Assembly (NCBI GenBank): GCA_013239625.1
Contig: MU053881.1
Location: forward strand, 3,803,957 to 3,867,956
Direction: 5' to 3'
DNA: 64,000 nucleotides
Origin: Lama guanicoe
Lineage: Eukaryota
Made by a program: the position numbers and the translations under genes. Each line of letters starts with the position of its first letter. Position 1 is the first letter of the stretch. The notes beneath the pieces are model-generated. The model was not told the DNA's origin. It saw nothing but the letters and a program-made list of their open reading frames with translations, and ran no database searches. Below are positions 37,850-50,530 of this stretch, piece by piece.

Positions 37850-38276
37850 GTGGGATAGCAGACACCACTTGCTGCTCATCCCGTATCCATTCTCTCCCTT
37901 GCTTCATACTCAAGGAATTCTAGTTCTGTTTAGCCTGGCAGTGAGTCCATTTATATAACTGCATTTCCTGCCACTCTTGCAGTTAAGAGTACTCAAATGA
38001 CATGACTCTGGCCAATGGTATGTAGATGGAGTTTACTGGCAGTGCTTCCCAGAAACTCTTTAAGTGGGGGCAAACTAACTGGCCTGTGACTTTTGCTCTC
38101 TGCCCTTTCCCTACCCCCTGTTCAGATCATAGATGCTAGACTGGGTGTGGATCCAACATCTCTCCACCACCAGATGACCAGCTAGAGGATGAAGGTCACA
38201 CACTGAGAATGGCTGAGCTAAAAGACAGGCGGCACCTTGTCTCTGTTGGCATCAAGGTGTCAGTACATCAGCCCTG
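37850..38276 (+). mobile_element. MaLR LTR (MLT1I/J/K-like), interrupted by an L1
   Basis: 'ctgcatttcctgccactcttgcagttaag...catgac.ctggccaatgg.atgtagatggag'. Confidence 0.75.
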
Positions 38277-39317
38277 CTTAATTTCCAGAGTATACAAACA
38301 GCTTATACAACTCAGTAACCAAAAAAAACCCAAACAACCCAATCAAAAAATGAGCAGAAGACCTAAATAGACATTTCTCCAACGAAGACATTCAGATGGC
38401 CAATAGGTACATGAAAAGATGTTCAGTATCGCTAATTATCAGAGAAATGCAAATCAAACCTACAATGAGGTCTCACCTCACATCAGTCAGAATGGCCATT
38501 ATCCAAAAGTCCACAAGCAATAAGTACTGGAGAGGGTGTGGAGGAAAGGGAACCTTCCTACACTGTTGGTGGGAATGTAATTTGGTGTAGCCACTATGGA
38601 AATTACTTAAAAAACTGAAAATAGACTTACCCTCTCCTGGGCATATATCCATAGAAAACTCTAATTTGAAAAGATACATACACCATAATGTTCACTGCAG
38701 CACTATTTACAACAGCCAAGACATGGAAGCAGCCTAAACGTCTATCAACAGATGATTAGATAAAGAAGATGTGGGGTGTGTGTGTATATGTATATATGTA
38801 TGTGTATATATATGTATGTGTGTGTGTGTGTATATATATATGTGTGTATATACACACACATATATATAATGGAATACTACTCAGCCTTAAAAAAGAATGA
38901 AATAATGTCATTTGCAGCAACATGGATGGACCTAGAGATGATCATACTAAATGAAGTAAGTCAGACAGAGAAAGACTGATAGCATATAGTATCACTTATA
39001 TGCGGAATCTTCAAAAATGACACAAGTGAACTTATTTACAAAACAGAAAGACTTACAGATATAGACAACAAACTTATGATTACCAAAGGGGAAGTGAGGG
39101 AGGGAAACATTAGGAGCTTAGGACTAGCAGATACAAACTGCTATATACAAGATAGATAAATAACAAGGTCCTCCTGTCTAGCACAGGGAACTTATTCAAT
39201 GTCTTGTAATAACCTATAATGAAAAAAAGACTATATATATCTGAAGCATTAGGCTTTACACCAGAAACTAAGACAACATTATAAATCAACTATACTTCAA
39301 TAAAAACACACACACAC
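38277..39317 (+). mobile_element. 5'-truncated L1 (ORF2 C-terminus and 3' UTR)
   Basis: ORF 38396-38590 reads [10 protein letters not shown]...[19 protein letters not shown]...LHCWWEC, the L1 ORF2 C-terminal cysteine-rich region. TSD acatcagccctg / acaccagccctg; internal (TG/TA)n; tail decayed into (CA)n. Confidence 0.95.
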
Positions 39318-39694
39318 ACACCAGCCCTGAACTCCCTGCCAGAGGGTGCATCCTGGGGAGCTTTGGGAGGCTTCAGTATCTGACACTGAGTGCAGTCCCC
39401 AGCTAGGACCTTAGGCAAGTCAACATAACCTTATTAGCTCCAGTTCCGAGATTGCTTTGAGGGTTGGATGAGATAACTCGTGTGAAGAACCCAGCACAGT
39501 CCTGGCTCGTGGGCAGCACCGAGTAAGTGCAGGCTGTTGTTCCCACTACCCCTGTGCTGCACCCATCACCCTGCCAGTTAGTATGTGCTTTGGTGCCTGC
39601 CTCTCCCTCCAGCCTTGGTTTCTTCAAACAGTGTGGCCAGGTCTAGTTCACGTTCATTCTTAGTTCCCACTACCCGTTCAACAGGCACAAATTG

Positions 39695-39820
39695 AATTCA
39701 GCTGGTGCTATAGGGCAGGCTAGAGATGTGAGTTATACTCAAGCAAAGGATAATTAATTTAGGTTTTACTGTTTGAGTATAACCTATATCTCCAGCCTGC
39801 CCTTTAGCGCGAACTGAATT
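39695..39820. repeat. Long inverted repeat (51-bp arms, 24-nt loop); probably an ancient palindromic DNA-transposon relic
   Basis: Arms 39695-39745 and 39770-39820 pair ungapped at 42/51 positions (hand count). Confidence 0.85.
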
Positions 39821-39859
39821 AAAGTCATGCTTAGTGACAAGGTTGTATTATTAACACCA

Positions 39860-40400
39860 TGAGCAACATACGGAGCAAGCAGAATGTTGCTAGCTCCACC
39901 CTACTCTAAGGAACTTGCACCCAAGTTGGAAACAAGAAGGGTCTCTACACAACTGGGATGCAGGAGAGCCATGAAGGATCTCAGGCAAGGATGAAGCAAA
40001 GTGTGGCAGGTGAATGTTGGAAGTGATGGGGGATGAAGGGGAGGCTTCGTGGGGGAGGAGGCATCGGGCACAGGCTTTGAAGGGTGGTGGGTTGGGGTTT
40101 CCACTAAGAAGGCATCATGGCTACCACAGAGCATCACAGATAAGGGCAGTGCGGTGGGAAGCCTGACTCTGGCCCTGGGGAATGGGGCCAGGTGGAAAGC
40201 TGGAGAGCTGTGTGCTTGGATTGGCAGGCTGAGGCATTTACCTCTCACTGTCTGGACAGTGGAGAGCCAATGAGGGTTCAAAAGCTGGGAGTGATGTCAG
40301 AATGGGGATGTAGGTAGATCAATCCAGCAGTCATGTGGAGATTGGCTGGAAAGGGCAACAGGGAGGTAGAAAACGAATGAGTAGGCTGTTAAACAGACCA
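39860..40400 (-). mobile_element. L2 fragment
   Basis: 'ggacagtggagagccaatgagggttcaaaagctgggagtgatg...tagatcaatccagcagtcatgtggag' is antisense L2. Confidence 0.65.
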
Positions 40401-43036
40401 AAGAGGCATATACTCTCCCAGTGGGGTGAGCTCTTCCTTCAGAGTAGTTGAAACTGTTGTACATTTATATTTCTTGGGCAATTATTTTATTAATGTCTGC
40501 TGTCCCTTCTAGACTGGAAGTCTATGCCATCCGTGCACCTACATGGTGGGTGTTCCATGAACAGCCGTTGAATCATGAAGTCAGAGGGGCTGGGCTCAGA
40601 TGTATGTCTTCTGGGGCACCAAGAGTGGTCTGCAAACCTTGGGAAATGTAGCCAGACACCAAGAAGGCTGGTGGGTCCTCTGTCCTGGAGACGTGGTGGA
40701 GAACTTCTGGCGGGAGTCAGGCACCCCAGCCAAAGTGCCAACTTCACTGTGACTTGCTGTGAGACCCTAGGAAGTCCCTAAACCTTCTTCAGGCTCCTCA
40801 GTAAAAGGCAGAAGTTGAAGTCATGACCTTGAGAGCCTCCTAGAGCCCTGCCCATCTCGGTGCGAAGGGAGGAGAGAATTAACTGAGCACATGCTATATG
40901 CCAAGGCACTGAGCCGTGGGCTTTCCCCGTTCTCTCTCATTTAATCTTCAGAAGCACCCTGAGAGTGGTGAACATGTCCCAGTGACTCAGAAGATACCCG
41001 GGTTACACTGCCTCTTACCTTCTGAGTCTCTCAGGCCTCGGGGACAGTCTAGGCTCTACCTTTTCATATCTGGGTATCCTTGGGAAAATGAGTTAACTTT
41101 TCTGTACCCCAGTTCCCTCTTTTGTAAAAAGAGGCCCCAAAGGACAATGCATCTCACAAAGGAATTGGAAGAACTCATTGAAATAATGCATTTAGTTCAA
41201 GTGTGGTCCCTCTGCTTGGTCCTCGGAGATCAGTAACGTCAGCTCTTAATATAATGATGAAGTGAAAACAGTGAAAATTCAAAGCCATTCCCAAGAGCTT
41301 CATGAACTGGTAAGGGGCTCAGCCTTCTGTGATCACCTCCCCATAACTAGATGCTGTGATTTCCTGAATATAATTCTAAAAATCACTTCACTTTTAAAAA
41401 TGTAACTGAATCTATTTCCAAAGCCTGCAGATGCCTACTCAGTGGGAACGCACCGCCCACTTGGGACATGAACAAGGTAACTGGAAAAATAAATAAAACA
41501 AAGACAAACCAGAGGTCTGGCGCTCTAGCTGGCCCTGGCTGCCTGCAAAGCACCACGTGCCTGGGCGCCCTTGTTGTTGAAGAGCAAGGTCTGCGGAGGC
41601 TGATCATTGGAGCTGGGTGATAGGTACCTGGGGGCTCACAATAGTATTCTGCTTGCTTGTATGCATTTGAACTTTTTCACAACAAAATTGCTTACCTTAA
41701 AAAAAAAAATAAGCTGCAGGAGATGCACAATATAGTATAATTTATATCAAGTTTGAAAACATATAAACAGAAATAGATATTGTTTATAGATTTACACTTT
41801 TACAGTAAATGTTTAAACAAAGCATGAAAATCATAAGATGTGATTTGAGATTACTGGTTACCATCAGACGACACAAAAAGGAGTCAAAGGCCTTTATAAT
41901 ATTCTGCTTATTCATTAAATGATCCTCTGTGCATTTTCAGACTGAAATATTTTATTCAAAGTTTGGGAACCACCAAGGACCTTAGGCACTAGCCTAATAT
42001 CCAGAGGGGAGCATGGGGTGTCTGCGACTGTGAAAGATGTAATTATAATCTCTGGCCTGCTCCCCTGTCAGGTGAGCGCTCAATAAAATGTTAAGTGTGT
42101 GTGGGGTGGGGAGCAAGGTTTTCAGTGTCAGGCAGGTGTTAAAAGACAATCGTATCAGTTTGAAGTAGAATTGAGAAGGGGACGCGTCTTCGCTTGGTGG
42201 TCCAGGGTCTTTTAATCAGTCCCACCTAAAATCACCCGCCATCACTCCGCCCCTGCAGTTTGGGAAATGCGCCCGGCTTTCCTGCCTGCCGCAGCTTCTC
42301 GGATGGAGGGCCATTTCCCAGGGTGATACGTAAGGATGCTCGCAGCCACATAAACATCCCGAGTGCACACTTCCTTACTCCCCTCACCTCCTTACTTGAT
42401 CTGGCGCATTATTGGGGGAGCAAGAAAAGCAGGCTGTTCCTTCCATCGGCTGCATCATGAGGAATTTTTTTTTTAATTCTATCGTTTCCTTTTCATCTCT
42501 AATACCCGTGTTAACTGCTTAATTTGTCGAGTTCCTGTGAGTTGCCTATTGATAATTGATAGATTGTTCCTTCCGTCCCAATTTCCTCTATTAGTCCTCC
42601 CAGGAAGTTTATTTGTGCTTTGCATGTAACCCAATAGGGCGGAGAATGCCCGGCTTGTTTGGAGACCTGTGTAAATTAATACTGTCCAGCCCTCCGACCA
42701 GGAAGCTATCCAGTTGCATCCTGACAGGCTCCTCTTCATTGAAACGATCTGCAGTGGCCACATAAGGACCTCCCTTGCTCTCATGGCTTTGAGTGGCCAT
42801 CTGGGGAGATCATTGATGCCAGGCCTGCCTCTTCCCTTTGGACGTCAACCCCACGCCCCTAACCTGGGGTGTTTATAAGCTAGGGGTGGGGACGTCTTGC
42901 TAAGAACGTCTTATTTAAGAGACTCAGTTTCTCAGCCTTGTCCAGTTTCTCCTGGGTTTTTCTTTTTTGTTTTTCTGTTAATTTTTTGTCTTTCCCCCTC
43001 CAGGTTTATTCCGGCAAGAAGCATGGGGGAAAACAG

Positions 43037-43312
43037 CCAGGGGGAAAGGGGGTGGGAAGAGATAAATTGTGAGTCTGAGATTGGCAAATATTAACTACTA
43101 TACATAAAATAAATAAACAACAAGTTTCTTCTGTATAGCACAGGGAACTATATTCAAAATCTTCTAGTCACCTATAATGAAAAGACTATGAAAACGAATA
43201 TATGTATGTATATGTATGACTGAAATATTACACTGTACACCAGAAATTGACACATTATAAACTGACTATATGTCAATAAGAAAATAAAATAAAACAAAAT
43301 AAAGATAATAAA
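43037..43312 (+). mobile_element. Young camelid L1 3' end
   Basis: 'caagtttcttctgtatagcacagggaactatattcaa...cagaaattgacacattataaactgactata' followed by an (AAAAT)n tail. Confidence 0.92.
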
Positions 43313-46299
43313 GCTAAGGCTCAGGAAAGTGAAAAAAGAAAAAGAAAGTGATATGAACTATAAAGACGTCTGTTTGGGTGGGATTTTGATTTGGGGCTGG
43401 ATTAGTATTTGAAGTTGCTGGTGATGACCTACAGATTATTTTTATTTGTCAAGCAGTTTCAAACGACTGGAGATTGCATTTGGAGCCAAAAATTTGGAAA
43501 TTTTTTGCAGATTTCCGAATTTTGGGCTTCTGTTGAGAAATTGGAAAAGATTTGGTCCACATTCTTAGAGGAAAACAAAGAAAGTAGCTGACAAGGAGAA
43601 TTTCATGTCACCTGGTTTCCCCTCTCCTGTTGACCACAGCCTCCAAAAATGGGCAGTGTGGGACGATGATCTTGAACCTGAAATGAGTCACACGTGTGTT
43701 TGACCTTCCGGGCCCCTGTGGGTGAGTGAGTTTCAGACCTCTCGTCTCTACAGCCCAAACGGATGAGGCATCACTCTTCCAGGGAACTTTGGATTTGGTC
43801 AGACAACGGTCAGGTTTCTACTTGAGTTCACTTCACTCTCCAGTAACATCACATCATAGTACTCAATCCCCAGGCCGAGAGAGAGGAAACTCCTAGTCTT
43901 CTCACTTACTCACTTTTTGGACTTAATGAGGAGCCAGTCCCCATCAGGGTCTCTGCTAAAGCGTGCAAATCTGAAGATGAGTTACTTTCGCCCACCTCCC
44001 CCGGGGAATGTGAGTTGAGGGAGGACAGGATGGGAGCTTGTCTGCAAGGAACCACTGGAAACCCTAGCATCTAGCATGGCACCTGGCTCTCTGAAGAATG
44101 AAGGGAGGAAGGAAAGAGTGAAAGAATGAATGGCACCATCTCTGCCCTCAAGGAGCGCACCGTCTGTAAGCACATCCCTGGAACGTCCTGCGTGCGTTAC
44201 GACTATGAAAGGGGAAGAATGAGGGACTCTAGAAATTGAGGACAGGGGTACCCGACCCAGGCAGCAGGGGAATGACCAGAAGAGACTCTGAGGAGTAAGC
44301 AGTGATGTATGAGCAGGTACTTGAAGGGTGAGTATGGTTGCCCAGCCAAAAACGAGGGCTGCGGTATCGAGAGGTGGCGAGAAGAGTCTGCACAGACAGG
44401 AGGGGAAGACGGCAGGGTCATGGCGGTCTCACTTGACTGCGGGCTCCATCTTGTTCACCCTGTATCCCCAGAATCTAGAGTAGTGATTGGCACAGAGTAG
44501 ACACTGAATAAGTGTTTGTTAAATGAATTCATGAAGGAACGACACTTTACCTGTGACTGAGACTTGCTGTGAATCACGCTTGAATGCACTTGCACGCTGA
44601 GGCTGAGGATGGAGAAGACGGGATGCAACTGAGGGTGGTCTGGAATCAGCAGTGATAGCAGAGTTGGGCTGGTTGGATGAGCACAGCTGGACAGGCTCTG
44701 GCTTTGTCCTCTCTTGAGGATCACATAGACTCTTCATGAGGATCCCAATGGATCCCCAGCCCAGCTCCTGGGATCTTCCAGATTAATCTCAGGAATTCCC
44801 ACCTCCTCAGGCATTTCTCAGCTGGGCAATAGGTTCTGGGCTATTTGTGGTCAAAAGACCATCTCAGACTTTCCCTGACTTGAGTTCATCAGCTGTTGAT
44901 GACATTAGCTGTTGGGGGTTAGGGGCAAAAGAGGTCAACTGGTATCTACCATATTATTCTGTCCCTCTTAGGGGTCATGATTTTATTGATTCAGTTCAGT
45001 ACTTGAGGTTTGGGGGTAAGAAGGGGAGGGACAGGAAACACTCTTTCCTGGACTGAAATCCCTGAACACACCTCTCGCTGGCTCCCTGAGTTCTGTGGGT
45101 AGCGCCGTTCATGCATTTTCACGTTCATCCCATCTCCGGGAGGCAAGTGCTATGCACATCAACCTTTCTTTACTCCAAGAGCAGAGATCTGAGCCGGGAG
45201 TCTGCCTCCACCACCACCGATGGTCCTGCTGTTCTGCACCCTTTAAACCTCCCTGTGACTGTCCGTAGACCCCCTACTGCTTCTGAGCTCCCCCGACACT
45301 GAGGCAGAGAGAAGAGGTTCTTCTGGAGAAGCTACTGCCTCAGAGACCTCAGAAAAAGTTCTGCCCGACAAGCGCTCTGATCTTTTGCTGAAGAATTGCT
45401 TATTCCTCTGAAACATAGAGAGATGTTTCCTTACACGTAACACTGGGGAATATATCCGTGTACGAACAGTGTGTATATTTTCCAGAGGAGCCTAGTAACA
45501 AATTCGATGGGCACTTGGCAGGTTGTGATTCAGCTTTGGGGTCCGAAGGCTCCTGAAGGTGTTTGGAAAGGAATGAGTTGGAACAGCCTTTGCCAAGGAA
45601 GCGTGTCAACATCCAGCACCTTCTTTTCCATGTGAACATCACGCAAATACCCAGCTGTAAATTGCCTGCAAATTATTCTGCTGTCAGTTGGCAGAGTAAT
45701 TTTAGGATCAGCCTCTCTCCCTTAATTCTTAGTGAGCTTTTGAAGTGAAACATAAAGGTCACTATTATTAAATGAAAATTGAAGAAATTATTAAAAAAAG
45801 TTATTCAATTTAAAATGAGCCTAGGAAAGGCCCGTTCAAGAAGGTTCTACTCCACCTCATCTTTATTGGTTGTTCTCTAAATGAACCACCTCCTTCCATC
45901 CCTTCAAATCAACACAGAATTAGCAAATGAGTCAAACTCCGAATTTTCTAAGGAAGCCTGTAGAGCCCTGTTGGGCAAAGGAGAGATGACTGAGTCCACT
46001 GTCTGGCTTAGCTTCCTGGGTCCTTATTTCTATAGGAATTTGCTGTGCGGGATTTAACCAGACCAAATTCTGTAGGAATTTTCTCACAGAGACCAGCACA
46101 GTTCTGCTGGCATGCCCTGCCCCCACTGTGATGCTCGCTGGGCTTCGATGCCATCAGGAGAAGCCAGTGCATTACCTTATTCTGCCCAAAGAAGGCCAAC
46201 TTCAGGCTAAAAGCTATGTTACCTTTGCTGCTTTCTGTTGCATTCTTGGCAACTGCAGAAAAAGAGGAGAAGTTCTAGAAAATATTCACTGAAAGATAA

Positions 46300-46555
46300 A
46301 AATTGCAATTTTTAAAAATACAAACCGATCTATGGTGGCAGAAAGCAGAGCAGGGATTGCGTGTGGCTGCAGGAAGAGAAGGGATGGATTATCAAGGGAC
46401 GTGAGGAAACTTTGAGGAGGGGTTGGATATGATTATTATCTTGATATTGATGGTTTCACAGGTATAGATCTATGTCAAAACTTGTCAAATTATTCTCTTT
46501 ATATATGAGTTTATTAGTTGTCAGTTATGCCTCAATAAAGTTGTAAAAACAAAAT
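46300..46555 (+). mobile_element. Old L1 3' end (L1ME/L1MC-type)
   Basis: 'gatggtttcacaggtatagatctatgtcaaaacttgtcaaatt...gttatgcctcaataaag'. Confidence 0.8.
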
Positions 46556-46694
46556 GAATTACTTCCCTTGCTTTTTAATAATATATTTAAAAAATTAAAT
46601 GGTTTCTGTGTCCTCAGCTTGAAAGATGGAAGTATGAGGCAGGTCTTCAGCCAAGAAGAGCCAGCTAGGCATTATGGGTAATACCTAGGTACCC

Positions 46695-47300
46695 CTGGAT
46701 GCAGCCAAGATGTCCTTGAAAGGGGGAGTGGATAAAAACTGTGGTACATGCAGACAAAGAAATATTAATCAGTACTAAAAACAGATGTGCTATCAAACCA
46801 TGAAAAGATACGGCGGGATCTTAGTTGCACATTACTAAGGGGAAAAAGCCAATCGGAAAAGGCTACATACTGTAGGAGTCCAACCATGTGATGTTCTGGA
46901 GAAGGCAAAAACTATGGAGGCAGTTTAAAGACCAGGGATTGGTAGCAGTTGTGGGGGACAGAGGTGAGGGTGAGTCAGTGGAGCACGGAGGAATTTCAGG
47001 GCAGGGACACTATTCTGCATGACACATTCATGATGGATACACATCATTACACATTGGTCAAAACCCATAGAATGTACAACACCGAGAGTGACCCCAAAGC
47101 TAAATGATGGACTTCAGGTGATAATAATGTGTCGGTGAAGGTTCACTGATTTTAACAAATGTCCCACCCTGCTGGGGGATGTTGATAACGAGGGGGGGGC
47201 TCTGCCCGTTGTGGGGCAGGAGGCCTATGGGGCTTCTGTGTACTTTCCTCTCAATCTTTCTATGGAACTAAAACTGCTCTAGAAAGTCAAGTCCTAAAAC
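46695..47300 (+). mobile_element. L1MC-type 3' UTR
   Basis: 'gcagccaagatgtcctt...aactgtggtacat...cattggtcaaaacccatagaatgtacaacaccgagagtgacccc...ctaaaactgctcta'. Confidence 0.88.
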
Positions 47301-47734
47301 AAAACCAGCCAATTAACTAAATTAAAGAAAAACTCCTTATATGCCTCAATATTTCCAAGCCTGGGGATTCTTATCTTTCTGTGCAGCCCTGGGCACCGGC
47401 ATGTGGGCTGGCCATTCTCCAATTTAGCCTGAGTTGAAGGGAAGCATGTTGAGGTTCTCCCCAGACCCCTCCAGCTCTCGCTAGGCTGCTGGGTAGAAGA
47501 ACTGGGTTAGATGTTGAGTATCTCAATGCAAACAGGCTTCAGAGTCAAACCAAGAGACTGAGGGGTCCTGTAGACTCCCCCGTTCTCCCTGCTGCCAGTG
47601 GTGTCACCATTCCTACATCCTGGCCCATGTCTCCATTTCTAGCTTTATGTTACAAACACGTGACACACACACACACACACGTTGATATATACATAAAACC
47701 ATGAGGTTTCATTAAAAGCCAGATCTTGCTATTA

Positions 47735-48270
47735 TTCATGCAGCCAGCCAGTCATTCATTCATCCAAGAATTCTCTGCTTAGCACCTTTCTAAGTGAAGT
47801 GCAAGGAACTGGATGGGTGATCAAAACAGAGTGCCCACCCTCAAAGACCTTGCATTTTAGAGGGATAGACACAGTAATCAAATAACGAAAAACTAAAGGT
47901 AAAATGACAACTAGGGTAAGTGCTATAAAGCAGAGATAAATGGCTGTAAGAACAAATAACAGGGAGGTTTAGCTTCTTCATAGAGATGGGGAAAGAAGAT
48001 CATTCGCTTGTCCTTTCTCAGGAAATGGAGAAAGGATAAGTGAGGTGATTTGGAAGAAGTATAGGAGTTAACCAGGTAAAGAAGGTCGGGGGGAGTATTT
48101 CAGACAGAAGGAATGGCATGTGCAAAGGCCCTGTGGTTGGAAGAAACATGGCACGATCAAAGAACTGGCCAAGAGCCTCTGCGGCTAGAGCGCAGAGAGC
48201 AGCCAGGAGAGACGCCAACTAGAGGCTGGAACGCACGTGACTTCATAGGCCACGGCAAGGCGCTATCAAT
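47735..48270 (-). mobile_element. L2 3' region
   Basis: 'tcattcattcatccaag...cagacagaaggaatggcatgtgcaaaggccctgtgg'. Confidence 0.85.
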
Positions 48271-48279
48271 TCCCGCAGA

Positions 48280-48810
48280 AAACCACCGCAACAAATGAAA
48301 CAAAAAGCACATTGATCAAACAAAGCCAAGTTTACTAGATCTACTGCAATAAACAAGAGCACGACCTTGACAGAGTTTAATGATGCTTCAGAAGGTGGAG
48401 GTCAGGGGAGGCTCTTTATACGAGTTTTAGGGCCTGGGCTTGACAATTTTAAGGCTGCTTTTACCACGCAGAGAATTAGCTGGGATTAAGCAGCGTTTAC
48501 GGTGTGGAGTTGTTTATGCCTCAGATTTGTGAGCAGGGGAAGACAGGGACTTAAAGTGAGTCTTGCTGTTCATCTTCATACGTGAGCTATTGTTATCCGG
48601 CTCACAGAGTTGTCTGCCAGTGGTGGCCCTTTTTCACAGCACATGGCTCAGTTATCTTTGCTTGTGCTCAGTATTGCTTAAACATGGACAGAAACGTCCG
48701 CCCGGAATTAGTAGTTTTTGATACTGGGACACGGAATGATGGGGCTTTCAATGCTGAGGTTGGAGTTTATCTTAGGTGCAACAGGGAATCAAGAGTGAGT
48801 TTCACACTTC
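48280..48810 (-). mobile_element. Old ERV1-like LTR (MER110-like)
   Basis: Antisense TATAAA and 'agtaaacttggctttgtttgatcaa' U5-like region; it truncates the adjacent L2. Confidence 0.5.
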
Positions 48811-50370
48811 CTCCAGCCTGCTGACCCTGCTGTGGGGTGATGGAAAGAGCAGGGGATGGGCCACCCTCCCTGTGTCACGTGGCCAAATGACCAAGTCCCT
48901 TGTGGAATTTGCTGTTCTCATCTGTCCAGTGGGAAAACAGGAAAAGGTGACTCAGGAGGCTGTTGCCGAAGCTGGTGTGTTCACAGGCACATGAGGTGAG
49001 TGGGCGACGGGGCTGCGGGGCAGGGCCTGCTGGGTGGTAGGTCCTTTCCCTTTGGGGGCTTGATGGGGGGTGAAAGTAGCAAGGCTCCACCCCTACGAAC
49101 TGCAGCAGTGACGCCGCTGGGGGGCATGGGGGGGTGAGGCGGGGTCTCAGGAGACAGGAAGGGTCACCCTCTTGCCAGGGACTTGGTCTTTAACTTTGCT
49201 TTTTTGTAGAAGGATTCTGAAAGAGAACCAATACAATGCACCTAAGGCACCCAATACAAAAAAAAAAAAAACGCAAAAACAAGAAACCCACCTCCCCCAA
49301 ACAGGCAAACAAACAAAAACCCATTCCTGTCTTAGGAACAGTTGAGAGGAGACACTTTGGAGCCAAACAGACCTGTCTTCCTCGCCCACCTCCACTGCTT
49401 GCCATTTCTGACCCTCCGCCCATTCTGCAACCTCTAAGCGGCTTCCTCATCTGCAAAGTGAAGGTAGTAACTTCACTAGGGTAGTTCTGGGGATTAAACA
49501 GCGTGTGCAAGTGCATTCTTCATACTGTTTGGCATGTGACGAGGGCTTGAAAGTTAATGACTACTGTTGCTTTCACATTTAACGACACAGCTGAGAAGTC
49601 TCCAGAAGCCCCAGTGTTCATCCCATGACCCTCTAACGGGCCAATAATTTGCCAAGGACACAAGGCACGGCTATTGGTCAGCTCATTTATCTCTATTATT
49701 ATGTTTGGCCCACGGCATCTCCTATTCCCCATTATCTAGGACCTGAATTATCTTCATTTTTCCTTCCAGGGGTATGTCCTAATGGTCCACTGGTGCTGAT
49801 TCTTCCTCTCGGTCAAGGCTGCAAGCAACCTGAGTCTGTCTCTCCTGCTTTCTCTCCCCACCCAGTAGGAGCTCAAGGACTCAGTTCATTCCAGTGCCAA
49901 GCACTGAGGCCCACTCTGGGCCCAGGCTGCCTGCCACACACACAGGAGTGAGGCAGACACAGAATTCCTGGGGGACCCTGGGATTAGAGGCAAGGAGCCC
50001 AGGTAATAGTCTTGGGGGTGGGTGGGGAGGGTAAAGCACTTACCAATAGATGGATGCTTAAGGTTCAGACCAGGAAGCGATTTATTCTAGCCTAGGGTAT
50101 TCAAAGAAATCTTCTCGGAAAAGTCAATGCCTGTACAAGGTTTACCAGATCACACTCACATATTTTTTAACTTAGTGAAACATGCAAACAGAGAAAGTGG
50201 AAACAGTTCCAAAATAGTTCAGAATGAAAGTGAGTCTTCCTCCCAGTCCCTGAGTTTCCCTCTCAGAGGCCCCCACCTTTTGTAGGTTCAACATGCAAAT
50301 ATAAGAACAGACATCACGCATGCAAACATCCCCCTGCAATACTGTGCTCAGTTTCACTTCATTATGTATC

Positions 50371-50530
50371 TTTTTTTTTTTTGGCCAATGCTTTTTGTTG
50401 TTGCTGTTGTTAGGAGGGGAGGTAATTAGGTTTATTTATTTATAGATTGAAAAGGAGGTGCTGAGAATTGAACCCAGGACCTCACATAGGCTAAGCAAGT
50501 GCTCTACCACTTGAGCTATACCCTCCCCCC
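50371..50530 (-). mobile_element. Camelid tRNA-derived SINE (Vic-1 type) nested in an old antisense L1 (~50160-50850)
   Basis: 'gaattgaacccaggacctcacataggctaagcaagtgctctaccacttgagctataccctcccccc'; TSD attatgtatctt / attacggatctt. Confidence 0.9.

Noticed and set aside
38396..38590. ORF with real protein similarity (HCWWEC)
   Set aside because: It is a broken L1 ORF2 C-terminal fragment, not a host gene.
49100..49130. CTCF-like motif CCGCTGGGGGGCA (similar weak hits near 35086 and 39336)
   Set aside because: Each has mismatches at core positions, and such hits are expected by chance in GC-rich sequence; not supportable without a PWM scan or ChIP.
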